The notes under the pieces are model-generated. The model was not told the origin of the DNA, did not search any database, and worked only from the letters and a program-made list of their open reading frames with translations. DNA of 32,000 nt from Corynebacterium glutamicum ATCC 13032 (GTDB lineage: Bacteria > Actinomycetota > Actinomycetes > Mycobacteriales > Mycobacteriaceae): contig NC_003450.3 of NCBI RefSeq assembly GCF_000011325.1, positions 2,970,001 to 3,002,000 of the forward strand, read 5' to 3'. Numbering within the stretch: the stretch's first letter is position 1; each line of letters starts with the position of its first letter. The translations under genes were made by a program, and so were the position numbers. Below are positions 1 through 7,844 of this stretch, piece by piece.

Positions 1-2
1 TA

Positions 3-1007
3 GGTAAAGCCCACGGAATCGCCGATCTCCCAGGGCTTCCCATGAATCGCCCCGATCCGAAAACTCCGGCTTCCACATTGGTTGCTGGTTATTACGGCGC
101 TTACGAGAACGAGTTCTCCTTCGCAGTTGTGCGCCCAGTCAAAGTCTCACGAGTTGAGCCCACTTCCGAGGATCCTTCGAGCCCATTGCGCGTGAGCAGC
201 GACGATGGTCGAGAGTGGATTACCCGCATGGTTCTTAATGCAACAGGTACGTGGACAAACCCTTATGTTCCGTACATTCCTGGCATCGATAAATTCCAGG
301 GCAAGCAGCTCCACACCGTTAATTACCGCAAGGCCGAGGATTTCAAAGGTAAGAAAGTCCTGGTCGTCGGCGGTGGTTTGAGTGCTGTGCAATTTCTGCT
401 GGAGTTGGAAGGCTTGGCGGAAACCACCTGGGCGACGCGTCGTCCGCCGAACTTCACGCAGCGCGAGTTCGACGCCGGCTGGGGCATTGCGGTTGAGCGC
501 GCCGTCCGCGAACGCACGTTCAACGGTAAAGCTCCTGCTAGCGTCGTGCGCACCACGGGAATTCCGCAGATTCCTGATTATCTCGCTGGCGTGGATCGTG
601 GACTCATTGTCAGCCGCGGCATGTTCGAGGAAATCACGCCCACCGGTGTGGTTTTCGGTGAGCCTCCCGCCGAGAGATCTGAAGGTTTAGGCCCTTCGGC
701 AGGCACGACGCTGGCGGTTCCGGAAAGCTGGAAGCCATATCCTGCAGGCACGCACCTGGATGTGGACGTCATTTTCTGGAATACCGGCTTCCGCGCCGCA
801 CTGCGTCACCTCGCACCAATGAAACTCCGCGGGCAAGGTCGCGGTATCGAGCTGATCGACGAGGTCAGCCCCGCCTCCGACGCGCGCGTCCTGCTCGTTG
901 GCTACGGCTCCACCGCATCCACGGTCGGCGCCACCCGCGCGGGCAGGGTCGCCGGCCGGGTTGCTGCTAAAAGATTGCTTGTCGACGTCTCCCCTCACGT
1001 AAATTAA
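3..1007 (+). CDS. Flavin-containing-monooxygenase-like NAD(P)/FAD oxidoreductase, probably 5'-truncated by the window edge
   Basis: The frame is open from nt 3 to the stop at 1005-1007; the first in-window ATG is at 42. It contains the second dinucleotide-binding motif KVLVVGGGLSAVQFLLEL typical of two-Rossmann FMO-type enzymes. The N-terminal FAD GxGxxG motif is not visible, so the true start is probably upstream of the window. Confidence 0.6.
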   Translation, partial: GKAHGIADLPGLPMNRPDPKTPASTLVAGYYGAYENEFSFAVVRPVKVSRVEPTSEDPSSPLRVSSDDGREWITRMVLNATGTWTNPYVPYIPGIDKFQGKQLHTVNYRKAEDFKGKKVLVVGGGLSAVQFLLELEGLAETTWATRRPPNFTQREFDAGWGIAVERAVRERTFNGKAPASVVRTTGIPQIPDYLAGVDRGLIVSRGMFEEITPTGVVFGEPPAERSEGLGPSAGTTLAVPESWKPYPAGTHLDVDVIFWNTGFRAALRHLAPMKLRGQGRGIELIDEVSPASDARVLLVGYGSTASTVGATRAGRVAGRVAAKRLLVDVSPHVN

Positions 1008-1017
1008 GGTAAAGAAA

Positions 1018-2061
1018 ATGAAAGCATTCGGTTTTTTAAGCTTCGGGCACTATCAAATCGGCCACGAACGTTCCATGCTGAAACAAGCACTGGAATTAGC
1101 AAAAGAAGCAGATGCCATTGGAGTAAATGGCGCATACTTCCGCGTTCACCACTTCGCTCCCCAAGGTACATCCCCGATGCCACTTCTTGGAGCCATCATC
1201 GGTGCCACCAAACACATTGAAGTGGGCACTGGAGTAGTGGATATGCGTTATGAAAATCCCTTGTATATGGCCGAGGAAGCAGCTGCTCTCAATCTGCTTG
1301 CCGACGGCCGACTAGCCCTCGGAGTTTCCAGGGGATCACCCGAACCAGCCGAGAAGGGTTGGGAAGCTTTCGGCTACGACGGCGGTGATGATCCTAAAGC
1401 TGCAGGCATGGCACGGGAGAAATTCCTTCGCTTCCTCGATGCCATCGATGGTCGCCCCATGTCCATCGCTTCCGAGAATCAATACCCACGCCTCTACCAT
1501 CCGGGCACTCCCCTGCCGATCTTCCCGCATGATCCTGACCTGCGTAAATCCATTTGGTGGGGCGCCGGTTCCCACAACACCGCCGAACAAGCAGCACGCG
1601 ATGGCGTTAACTTGATGAGCTCCACCCTCGTCGCCGAAGCCACCGGCCAATCCTTCGGGGATCTGCAAGCCGATCAAATCGCGTTCTACCGCCAAGCTTG
1701 GAAAGAAGCCGGACACGATTGGACCCCACGTGTGTCTGTCTCCAGGTCCATCTTCCCGATCGTCACCGACCGCGACCGTGAGCTTTTCGGACTTCAGGGA
1801 CAAGGCGGTGACCAAGTAGGAATCCTGGATGATACCCGATCCACGTTCGGTCGCAGCTACGCCGGAAGTCCCGATGAACTCATCGACCAGCTCAAGGAAG
1901 ACAAAGCTGTGATGGAAGCCGACACCTTGATGCTCACCGCCCCCAACCAAATGGGTGTTGAGATCAACGCGTCGATCCTGAAGAACTTCGCTGATCATGT
2001 CGCCCCAGCACTGGAGTGGCAACCAAACACTGAAGGTCTGGTTACTGGCTACGAGTTCTAA
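1018..2061 (+). CDS. LLM-class (luciferase-like) flavin-dependent oxidoreductase
   Basis: 347-aa ORF starting 10 nt after the preceding stop. The N-terminus (MKAFGFLSFGHY...) and overall composition resemble luciferase-like monooxygenase family proteins. This is a family-level call from memory only. Confidence 0.7.
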   Translation: MKAFGFLSFGHYQIGHERSMLKQALELAKEADAIGVNGAYFRVHHFAPQGTSPMPLLGAIIGATKHIEVGTGVVDMRYENPLYMAEEAAALNLLADGRLALGVSRGSPEPAEKGWEAFGYDGGDDPKAAGMAREKFLRFLDAIDGRPMSIASENQYPRLYHPGTPLPIFPHDPDLRKSIWWGAGSHNTAEQAARDGVNLMSSTLVAEATGQSFGDLQADQIAFYRQAWKEAGHDWTPRVSVSRSIFPIVTDRDRELFGLQGQGGDQVGILDDTRSTFGRSYAGSPDELIDQLKEDKAVMEADTLMLTAPNQMGVEINASILKNFADHVAPALEWQPNTEGLVTGYEF

Positions 2062-3206
2062 CCCAGAACTTTGTCGATTGAGGCGTTGAGGTCTTCCCAT
2101 AGATCTTCAACGTCTTCAATTCCTACGGAAACGCGGCAAAGAGTCATCGGTACTCCTGCCACCACTTCAGCATCCCGCCTGGTGCGACGTTCAATGGCTG
2201 TTTCCACACCTCCCCAACTGGTCGCGTGGGTTAAAAGTGACAGGCTTTCGAGAATCTCATCAGTTCGTTCAGGTGTTGCATCAAGCTCAAATGACAACAT
2301 GTTTCCACATCCAGAGGGTAGGACTCGCACGGCTTTTTCATGTTGGGGATCATCAGGAAGTCCTGGATAATTGACGCGGGTAACCGAAGGATGCGCGTTA
2401 AGTCGCCGCGAAAGTTCTGCTGCGTTGGATTCTGCTCGATCAAGACGCACCGCCAAGGAATACAATCCACGGAGAGCAAGAAACGCTTCAAGACCTCCCG
2501 GCACTGAACCATGATCATGACGGTGAGTGGCAAGAAACTGCGCATGGTGCTCAGACTTGCACACTGCGACTCCAAGAAGAAGATCAGAGTGTCCACCGAT
2601 AAGTTTGGTTGCCGAGTAAAGCACAATATCAGCACCAAGTTCCAATGGACGTTGACGAAGTGGCGTTGCGAAAGTCGCGTCAACGACAGTCAAAACTCCA
2701 AGCCCACGCACACCGTCGACTATTGCAGGGATATCAGCTACCACCATCGTCGGATTAGCGATCGATTCCACCCACACCACATCTGCACCTTGAGCAGCAG
2801 CAATCACTTCTTCGGTATTGTCTGCATCAACAGTTCGAACCTTCAGCCTTCCGCGGGCTTCCATCCTGGCGAAAATATTGGTCACGCCATAATAGGCAGC
2901 TTTAGGTAAAACAACTGTGCCACCAGTAGGAACCAAATCAGCAATCGACGTTGCCGCTGCCAAACCTGAAGAATAAGATACCGCGAACCCACCATCTAGA
3001 GTTCCCATGGCAGCCTCAAATGCACCCCATCCATCATTGCCATCGCGCCCATAAGCTTTTTCTGAATCATGAACATAAGTGCTGGACAACGTGATAGGTG
3101 GGTTCATCGGCGCACCAGGAGTTCTGGCTGGCCGTCCCGCTTGCACAGTTACTGTGGGTGGACGCCACGCAGGGTTAATAGGTACAGATGGTGGGTAAAA
3201 ATTCAT
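2058..3206 (-). CDS. PLP-dependent Cys/Met-metabolism enzyme (cystathionine gamma-synthase / beta-lyase family)
   Basis: 382-aa ORF with the family PLP-lysine motif YSATKLIGGHSDLL and a C-terminal SWGGVETAIE...RVSVGIED block typical of this family. The start codon is uncertain (alternative internal Met at MNPPITL). Confidence 0.8.
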   Translation of the reverse strand: MNFYPPSVPINPAWRPPTVTVQAGRPARTPGAPMNPPITLSSTYVHDSEKAYGRDGNDGWGAFEAAMGTLDGGFAVSYSSGLAAATSIADLVPTGGTVVLPKAAYYGVTNIFARMEARGRLKVRTVDADNTEEVIAAAQGADVVWVESIANPTMVVADIPAIVDGVRGLGVLTVVDATFATPLRQRPLELGADIVLYSATKLIGGHSDLLLGVAVCKSEHHAQFLATHRHDHGSVPGGLEAFLALRGLYSLAVRLDRAESNAAELSRRLNAHPSVTRVNYPGLPDDPQHEKAVRVLPSGCGNMLSFELDATPERTDEILESLSLLTHATSWGGVETAIERRTRRDAEVVAGVPMTLCRVSVGIEDVEDLWEDLNASIDKVLG

Positions 3207-3227
3207 CAGGCTTCCTTACTTGTTATA

Positions 3228-3797
3228 TCAAGCACGAGGTACACGCTTGTCCAAGGCAACTAAATACCTAGTGGCTACGGTGGTGGGATTAGCAAAGTCG
3301 GTATCTCGCGGAGGCCCAAACCGTAGACAATCCCCCGTTGAAAGTTCGTGGACCTCTTCACCTTCAGTAATACGAACGGCCCCTTCGAGTACCCAGACCA
3401 CCTGATCCATGAAACGATAAGCATCAGCTGGGTAGCCAACTTCCGCCCCAGGAGGCAGCATTACTTCCACTAGTTCTAGTGGGGATTCTGACGGCTGTGA
3501 CACTGCACGCCGTGTGTAACCGGTAGCTGGATCTGTCCATACAGACTGCTTTGACCGCCGAGCGCCCCGGTCATAGCCACCTTCAGCCTGTGCAATGAGC
3601 TCCGAAAGCGTCATACCCAATGCACCGGAAAGGCGTCCAAGTAATGCAGCGCTTGGTTGCGCCTCTGCGTTTTCCACGCGGGAAATCATTGCTCGCGACA
3701 CACCGGAGGATTCAGCTAACGCCGAGATAGAGAGCCTGCGTTGGGTTCGCGCGTCGAAAAGCGCTTTGACGAGAGCAGCACTGAGATCGTCTTCCAT
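3228..3797 (-). CDS. XRE-family HTH transcriptional regulator with C-terminal cupin domain
   Basis: 189-aa ORF. N-terminal HTH_3-like LSISALAESSGVSRAMISRVENAEAQPS, and a C-terminal cupin-like segment (VVWVLEGAVRITEGEEVHELSTGDCLRF). It lies directly upstream of, and co-directional with, the PLP enzyme gene (21-nt gap). Confidence 0.75.
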   Translation of the reverse strand: MEDDLSAALVKALFDARTQRRLSISALAESSGVSRAMISRVENAEAQPSAALLGRLSGALGMTLSELIAQAEGGYDRGARRSKQSVWTDPATGYTRRAVSQPSESPLELVEVMLPPGAEVGYPADAYRFMDQVVWVLEGAVRITEGEEVHELSTGDCLRFGPPRDTDFANPTTVATRYLVALDKRVPRA

Positions 3798-3961
3798 GCA
3801 GACAATAATGTCGCTTTAAGAACAATTTTATCTACTATGAGAACATTTTTAGAGAAAGTAGCCCGCTCTGTGGGAGTAGCATTGGATTGCACAAAACGGA
3901 TCGGGTCACGGGGCTCGGAAGACTACGATGATTCACCCACCTACCGAAAGCGCTTACTGCG

Positions 3962-4386
3962 ATGAATAATCAGCTAGATCAGGGCCCCCTTTTCCACGGA
4001 ACAATAGCGCGGCTTCAACCTGGTGACCTCCTTAAACCTGGTCATAAGTCTAATTACCGTCCTGACATAATCATGAACCATGTTTATTTCACCGCTCTGA
4101 TTAATGGCGCTGGGCTTGCTGCCGAAATCGCTGCTGAATTAGACGCTGGCCTATCGGACGATGTTTTTCAGTTCCCCGGAAAACTCCGCGAGTTTATGAA
4201 GTGAAACCACTGGGGAGTTTTGACAACGATCCCAACGTGACCGACAAGAAGTTTCCAGGCAATCCAACGAGGTCTTATCGCAGTGACGAACTGCTGCAGA
4301 TTATTCGAGAGATCACCGATTGGACTCGGTTAACTCCTGAGGCACTAGCGAAGTGGAGGGAAAGGTTACGCAATTACCCCCAATAA
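3962..4386 (+). pseudogene. arr: Frameshifted rifampin ADP-ribosyltransferase (Arr family) gene
   Basis: Two adjacent ORFs in different frames (3962-4204 and 4201-4386) together reconstitute an Arr-like protein. The first gives QGPLFHGT...PGDLL...NHVYFTAL...AAEIA. The second frame gives (VYE)VKPLGSFDNDPNVTDKKFPGNPTRSYR. These match my recollection of Mycobacterium smegmatis Arr (QGPFYHGT, IGDLL, HIYFSAL, YIYIVEPTGPFEDDPNLTNKRFPGNPTQSYR). The frame switch must lie between about 4150 and 4192. Confidence 0.7.
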
Positions 4387-4410
4387 GAGCGTAGAAATCA
4401 TTAACTAGCT

Positions 4411-4451
4411 GCATCGTTCAATATTAGTGAACGTTCAATATTGATGAACAC
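4411..4451. repeat. 41-bp direct repeat, copy 1 (two tandem 17-bp units GTTCAATATTAGTGAAC / GTTCAATATTGATGAAC); candidate operator
   Basis: gcatcgttcaatattagtgaacgttcaatattgatgaacac matches 6376-6416 at 37/41 positions. Each 17-bp unit is a GTTCA-N7-TGAAC inverted repeat. The copy ends 17 nt before the ATG at 4468 and sits just upstream of a -10-like TACACT (4455-4460). Confidence 0.85.
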
Positions 4452-4467
4452 ACGCTACACTTAGATT

Positions 4468-5595
4468 ATGCCAATAGTAACTTTTGAGGACTGGAATGAA
4501 TCGTTCCTTCAGACGGGACTTCCCTTTGAACTCCTTGGACAGGTTCAAGGCAAGACTTTAGAAGACGAACCCTTCGCCGATATGGGCGAAGCCAAGTTAA
4601 GGATTAAAAATTTTGAATCGGTGAATGCGTCAAAAATAGTGCATGCGCTATATTTCCCCAACTTGAAATATCTCCGATTTACACTGCCACAGTCTGTGGA
4701 CAAGTTCTTTATCTTATCCCCAAGTATTCCCCCTCGAGTTGCTGAACTTTTGCGCGAACAAGGGTTTATGTTCGCCGACCAACGAGGCAATGGTTTCGCA
4801 TCATGGCCTGGGGTCCATATCGATGTCCGCGGTAAAACAAGCACCGATTCATCAAAGAAAATCAAAAGACGAACACCAGATCGTCGAACTGCATCACTTT
4901 TCACTCCTCGCAGAGCTCAAGTATCCGGAGCATTGCTTGCACAACCAGCCATATTAAGGTCACCAATCCGCGAGATTGCAGACTCAGCGTCCGTCTCTGT
5001 TGGCACCGCGATCCAAACTCTTGAATTACTCACCGAAGCTGGCTACTTGCGCAAAATAGAAAGCGGATACCGACTCATGAAAGGCGATGCACTGCTTGAT
5101 TCATGGGCGCATGCCTATCCGACTGGGCTCGGTGTAAGCCAACAAACTTTCAGAGGCAATGGAGACCTTAATCGCTTTAAAAACATTGAACCTCTTGGGT
5201 GGATCAGTGGCGAACAAGCTGTCCCAAAACTTATCAGTGGCGGAAATACTGCACATATTTATGTCAACGATGACAGCGACGACAAGGCCACTAACAAAAT
5301 CATTCAACAAGGACGACTTCGGAGAGATGATACCGAGGGCCAGGTATTAGTTCGACGAGCATTTTGGCGGCAATCAAAAAAGCATAATGAAAGCTACCAT
5401 AAAAGAAATCTATCGCTAGCTTTTCCAACCCCATTTAACATGTGGCCGATCGCTCCATTACCAGTAATCTATGCAGATTTACTGTCCGTTGGGGATCCGC
5501 GCCTATCGGAAGTTGCCTACATTATAAAAACTCAGATTCAGGAATACACAGACCATGATGAATTCACCGAACGCGGACATTATTTTAGTAGTTAA
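4468..5595 (+). CDS. Hypothetical protein with central winged-helix DNA-binding segment; candidate AbiEi-like antitoxin/regulator
   Basis: 375-aa ORF in AT-rich DNA. A wHTH-like segment (IREIADSASVSVGTAIQTLELLTEAGYLRKIESGYRL) is present. The ORF overlaps the downstream nucleotidyltransferase gene and is preceded by tandem palindromes. The ORF itself is well supported; the AbiEi assignment is inference from size, wHTH and partner gene. Confidence 0.45.
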   Translation: MPIVTFEDWNESFLQTGLPFELLGQVQGKTLEDEPFADMGEAKLRIKNFESVNASKIVHALYFPNLKYLRFTLPQSVDKFFILSPSIPPRVAELLREQGFMFADQRGNGFASWPGVHIDVRGKTSTDSSKKIKRRTPDRRTASLFTPRRAQVSGALLAQPAILRSPIREIADSASVSVGTAIQTLELLTEAGYLRKIESGYRLMKGDALLDSWAHAYPTGLGVSQQTFRGNGDLNRFKNIEPLGWISGEQAVPKLISGGNTAHIYVNDDSDDKATNKIIQQGRLRRDDTEGQVLVRRAFWRQSKKHNESYHKRNLSLAFPTPFNMWPIAPLPVIYADLLSVGDPRLSEVAYIIKTQIQEYTDHDEFTERGHYFSS

Positions 5596-6364
5596 CAAGC
5601 TGTCCAAGTTTATTGATATCGAAAATATTATGCTCGTTGGAGCACGATGTAGAGACATTCACCAGCAAAAATATCGCGATCAAACAGCGGGTAGAAGAAC
5701 TAAGGATGTTGACTTCGCTTTAGCTTTAGAAAGCTGGGACGACTTCAATCTATTAAAGCAACAATTCTCACCGACTGGTAACGCATGGCAAGGAATCACC
5801 ATTGGAAATATTCCAGTAGATCTCGTGCCATTCGGAAATATTGAAAACCCACCCGGTGAAGTCTTGTCCAGAAAAGGTCATCTACTTAATGTCGCTGGGT
5901 TCAAGGAAGTATTCGAGCAAGCTGAGCTATATCCCCTAAATGATGCGATAGACATTAAGTTGTCTACAGTTCCCGGACTTACTGCGCTAAAGCTACATGC
6001 ATGGCTCGACCGTAAAGAAAATAACATCAAAGATGCAAGCGATCTAGCATTAATCTTGTCGTGGTACGAAGAGGATGTAGAAACTTTATGGAATCGCTAT
6101 TTTGCCCTGGAAAATCAAGGATACATAGGTGAACCAGAGGCAATGGCAGCTGAATTACTAGGACTTGACACTGGAAGAATACTCGGCCACAAGGAAACTC
6201 AAGCCCTCCTTGATCGATTTAATGAACAGTCTCCTCCTGAGCTAAACCAATTTGCTGAATCACTTGAAGCCCCTCCTGAACACAGTCACCCATTAGAACG
6301 GCGTCGTATCCAGGTCGAGGCACTGTTAGGTGGACTTAGAGATTCCCTCGGTTACGATGAATAG
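5555..6364 (+). CDS. Nucleotidyltransferase-fold protein; candidate AbiEii-like (DUF1814) toxin
   Basis: 269-aa ORF. It has a pol-beta-type NTase signature (MLVGARCRD ... TKDVDFALAL, i.e. G-[SA] followed by a DxD-like acidic pair). It overlaps the upstream gene by 41 nt, though the true start may be further downstream. Its length is typical of AbiEii/AbiGii family proteins. Confidence 0.5.
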   Translation: MMNSPNADIILVVNKLSKFIDIENIMLVGARCRDIHQQKYRDQTAGRRTKDVDFALALESWDDFNLLKQQFSPTGNAWQGITIGNIPVDLVPFGNIENPPGEVLSRKGHLLNVAGFKEVFEQAELYPLNDAIDIKLSTVPGLTALKLHAWLDRKENNIKDASDLALILSWYEEDVETLWNRYFALENQGYIGEPEAMAAELLGLDTGRILGHKETQALLDRFNEQSPPELNQFAESLEAPPEHSHPLERRRIQVEALLGGLRDSLGYDE

Positions 6365-6375
6365 CTTCCAATCCC

Positions 6376-6416
6376 GCATTGTTCAATATTACTGAACGTT
6401 CAACATTAATGAACAC
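6376..6416. repeat. 41-bp direct repeat, copy 2 (GTTCAATATTACTGAAC / GTTCAACATTAATGAAC)
   Basis: gcattgttcaatattactgaacgttcaacattaatgaacac begins 12 nt after the stop codon at 6362-6364. It matches copy 1 at 37/41 positions. Confidence 0.85.
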
Positions 6417-6524
6417 GGCTGTTTAATTTTCTTTTATCCATCAGTCATTTTAAGCTTCCGCCCCTCGGCAAGGTGACGAAAATTTTGTTATTCTCTACGG
6501 TTTGAGGGCTTCTCGCGGGAAGGA

Positions 6525-7778
6525 TTGGGTGAGGAGGGAGGCGTCGAAAAGCAAGAAACGCCTGACACGCGTAGCCGTGGCTGCGCACCTTTTACCTTGA
6601 TTAGGTGCACAATAGGGAGTGTGACACCTCGCCCTGTTTCTTCTGTTGCGCGACTCGTTGAGGATAACGCGCAAGATTTTCTTCGCGCCGTTCAGGCGAA
6701 ACTTTTAACGCTCGCGCCACAGGCTCGTGGGCATTTTCCCACTGCGGATGATGCGACTCATATCAGCATCGCCGAAATGGTGAGTGCGCTGTTGGAAGGC
6801 ACTGGTGAGGAAGGGAAAGTAGACGACAAAACACTGGAGTTCTTTAAAGAAGCGGCGTTAGATGCGCGTCGATTTGGCCTGACCCCAGAAATGCACAGCG
6901 CTTTGGGTGAGGCCGTGCGCAGCGAACTATTGTCATTATGCGAGGATCTTCCCTTTGAAAATGTGCTGTTTGCCGAGCGTGCGATTGCTGCAACCACGGC
7001 TGTTTCCGTCGAGGCGGTTCGTGAAGCTGATGAGGCACACATTCCTGCCTCATATCAGGCAGAAATTGTAGAAGTTGAAAAGCGCAGCCGTAGGTTCACC
7101 GTCGTGCGCATGCAAGCTGAAACGCAACTGCCCTACCTACCGGGACAATATCTTGCAGCAACTGCGGATTTTCTGCCCAACACATGGCGCTACCTGTGCC
7201 CTTCGATCCCCACTAACGAATGGGGGCAGGTGGAGTTTCACATCCAATCAGACGCAGATGATATCGCTGGACTTTTAGCCACCACACGCCTTGGCGATAA
7301 ATGGCGACTTGGCCCCGGTCGTGGAGATTTCGGACAAAGCAAAATTAGTTCCGGCAATGATTTGTTATTTATTGCACATGGAACGGGCCTAGCTCCTCTT
7401 CGCGCTTACATGTTTGAGCTGATGAACCAAGCAGCACCTCCACGTTTGCACTTTTTCGTCGGTGCCGACTACCCCGGTGAGCTGTATGAACTCACCGGCA
7501 TGTGGAATTTTGCTGCAGCCAGCCCATGGCTTTCTGTCGTACCGGTGTCAACGCATGACAAGGATGCGTGGTGGGTTCAAGCCACCGAAGCATCGCAGCC
7601 ACCGAGGGGTTTGCATTTGCATCAAACGGGTTCGATGGCGAAGATCGTCACCGAAGCAGGTGCTTGGGCCGACCGCGACGTGTTAATTGCTGGCCCTGAA
7701 TCGTGGGCTCGGGATGTTCGGCGCGCGATGATTAGGCGTGGAACTCCGGCCCAGCAGATTGAGATTTTAGGGTTCTAG
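6525..7778 (+). CDS. Ferredoxin-NADP reductase-type FAD/NAD(P)-binding oxidoreductase with globin-like N-terminal domain (flavohaemoglobin-like architecture)
   Basis: The C-terminal two thirds carry an FNR-like FAD-binding region (LPGQYLAATADF...WRYLCPS) and an NAD-binding motif LLFIAHGTGLAPLRAY. The N-terminal ~140 aa resemble a globin fold (DFLRAVQAKLLTLAPQARGHFP, FGLTPEMHSALGEAV). The start is uncertain: the ORF-track start at 6525 is TTG, and an in-frame GTG lies at 6621. Confidence 0.65.
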   Translation: MGEEGGVEKQETPDTRSRGCAPFTLIRCTIGSVTPRPVSSVARLVEDNAQDFLRAVQAKLLTLAPQARGHFPTADDATHISIAEMVSALLEGTGEEGKVDDKTLEFFKEAALDARRFGLTPEMHSALGEAVRSELLSLCEDLPFENVLFAERAIAATTAVSVEAVREADEAHIPASYQAEIVEVEKRSRRFTVVRMQAETQLPYLPGQYLAATADFLPNTWRYLCPSIPTNEWGQVEFHIQSDADDIAGLLATTRLGDKWRLGPGRGDFGQSKISSGNDLLFIAHGTGLAPLRAYMFELMNQAAPPRLHFFVGADYPGELYELTGMWNFAAASPWLSVVPVSTHDKDAWWVQATEASQPPRGLHLHQTGSMAKIVTEAGAWADRDVLIAGPESWARDVRRAMIRRGTPAQQIEILGF

Positions 7779-7844
7779 GTTGCCTCACCGGGCTGACCAA
7801 TCAGAAGCGCCGACGTGCCCAACGAGTGATTCCTTAGACAGTGG

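Noticed and set aside
1336-2100. 254-aa minus-strand ORF overlapping the LLM oxidoreductase gene
   Set aside because: Antisense shadow ORF; the plus-strand frame has family-like sequence and a proper start context.
3741-3965. 74-aa plus-strand ORF upstream of the arr relic, plus small ORFs at 3069-3405
   Set aside because: They overlap the 5' ends of well-supported minus-strand genes or lie in a promoter region, and have no motifs or RBS.
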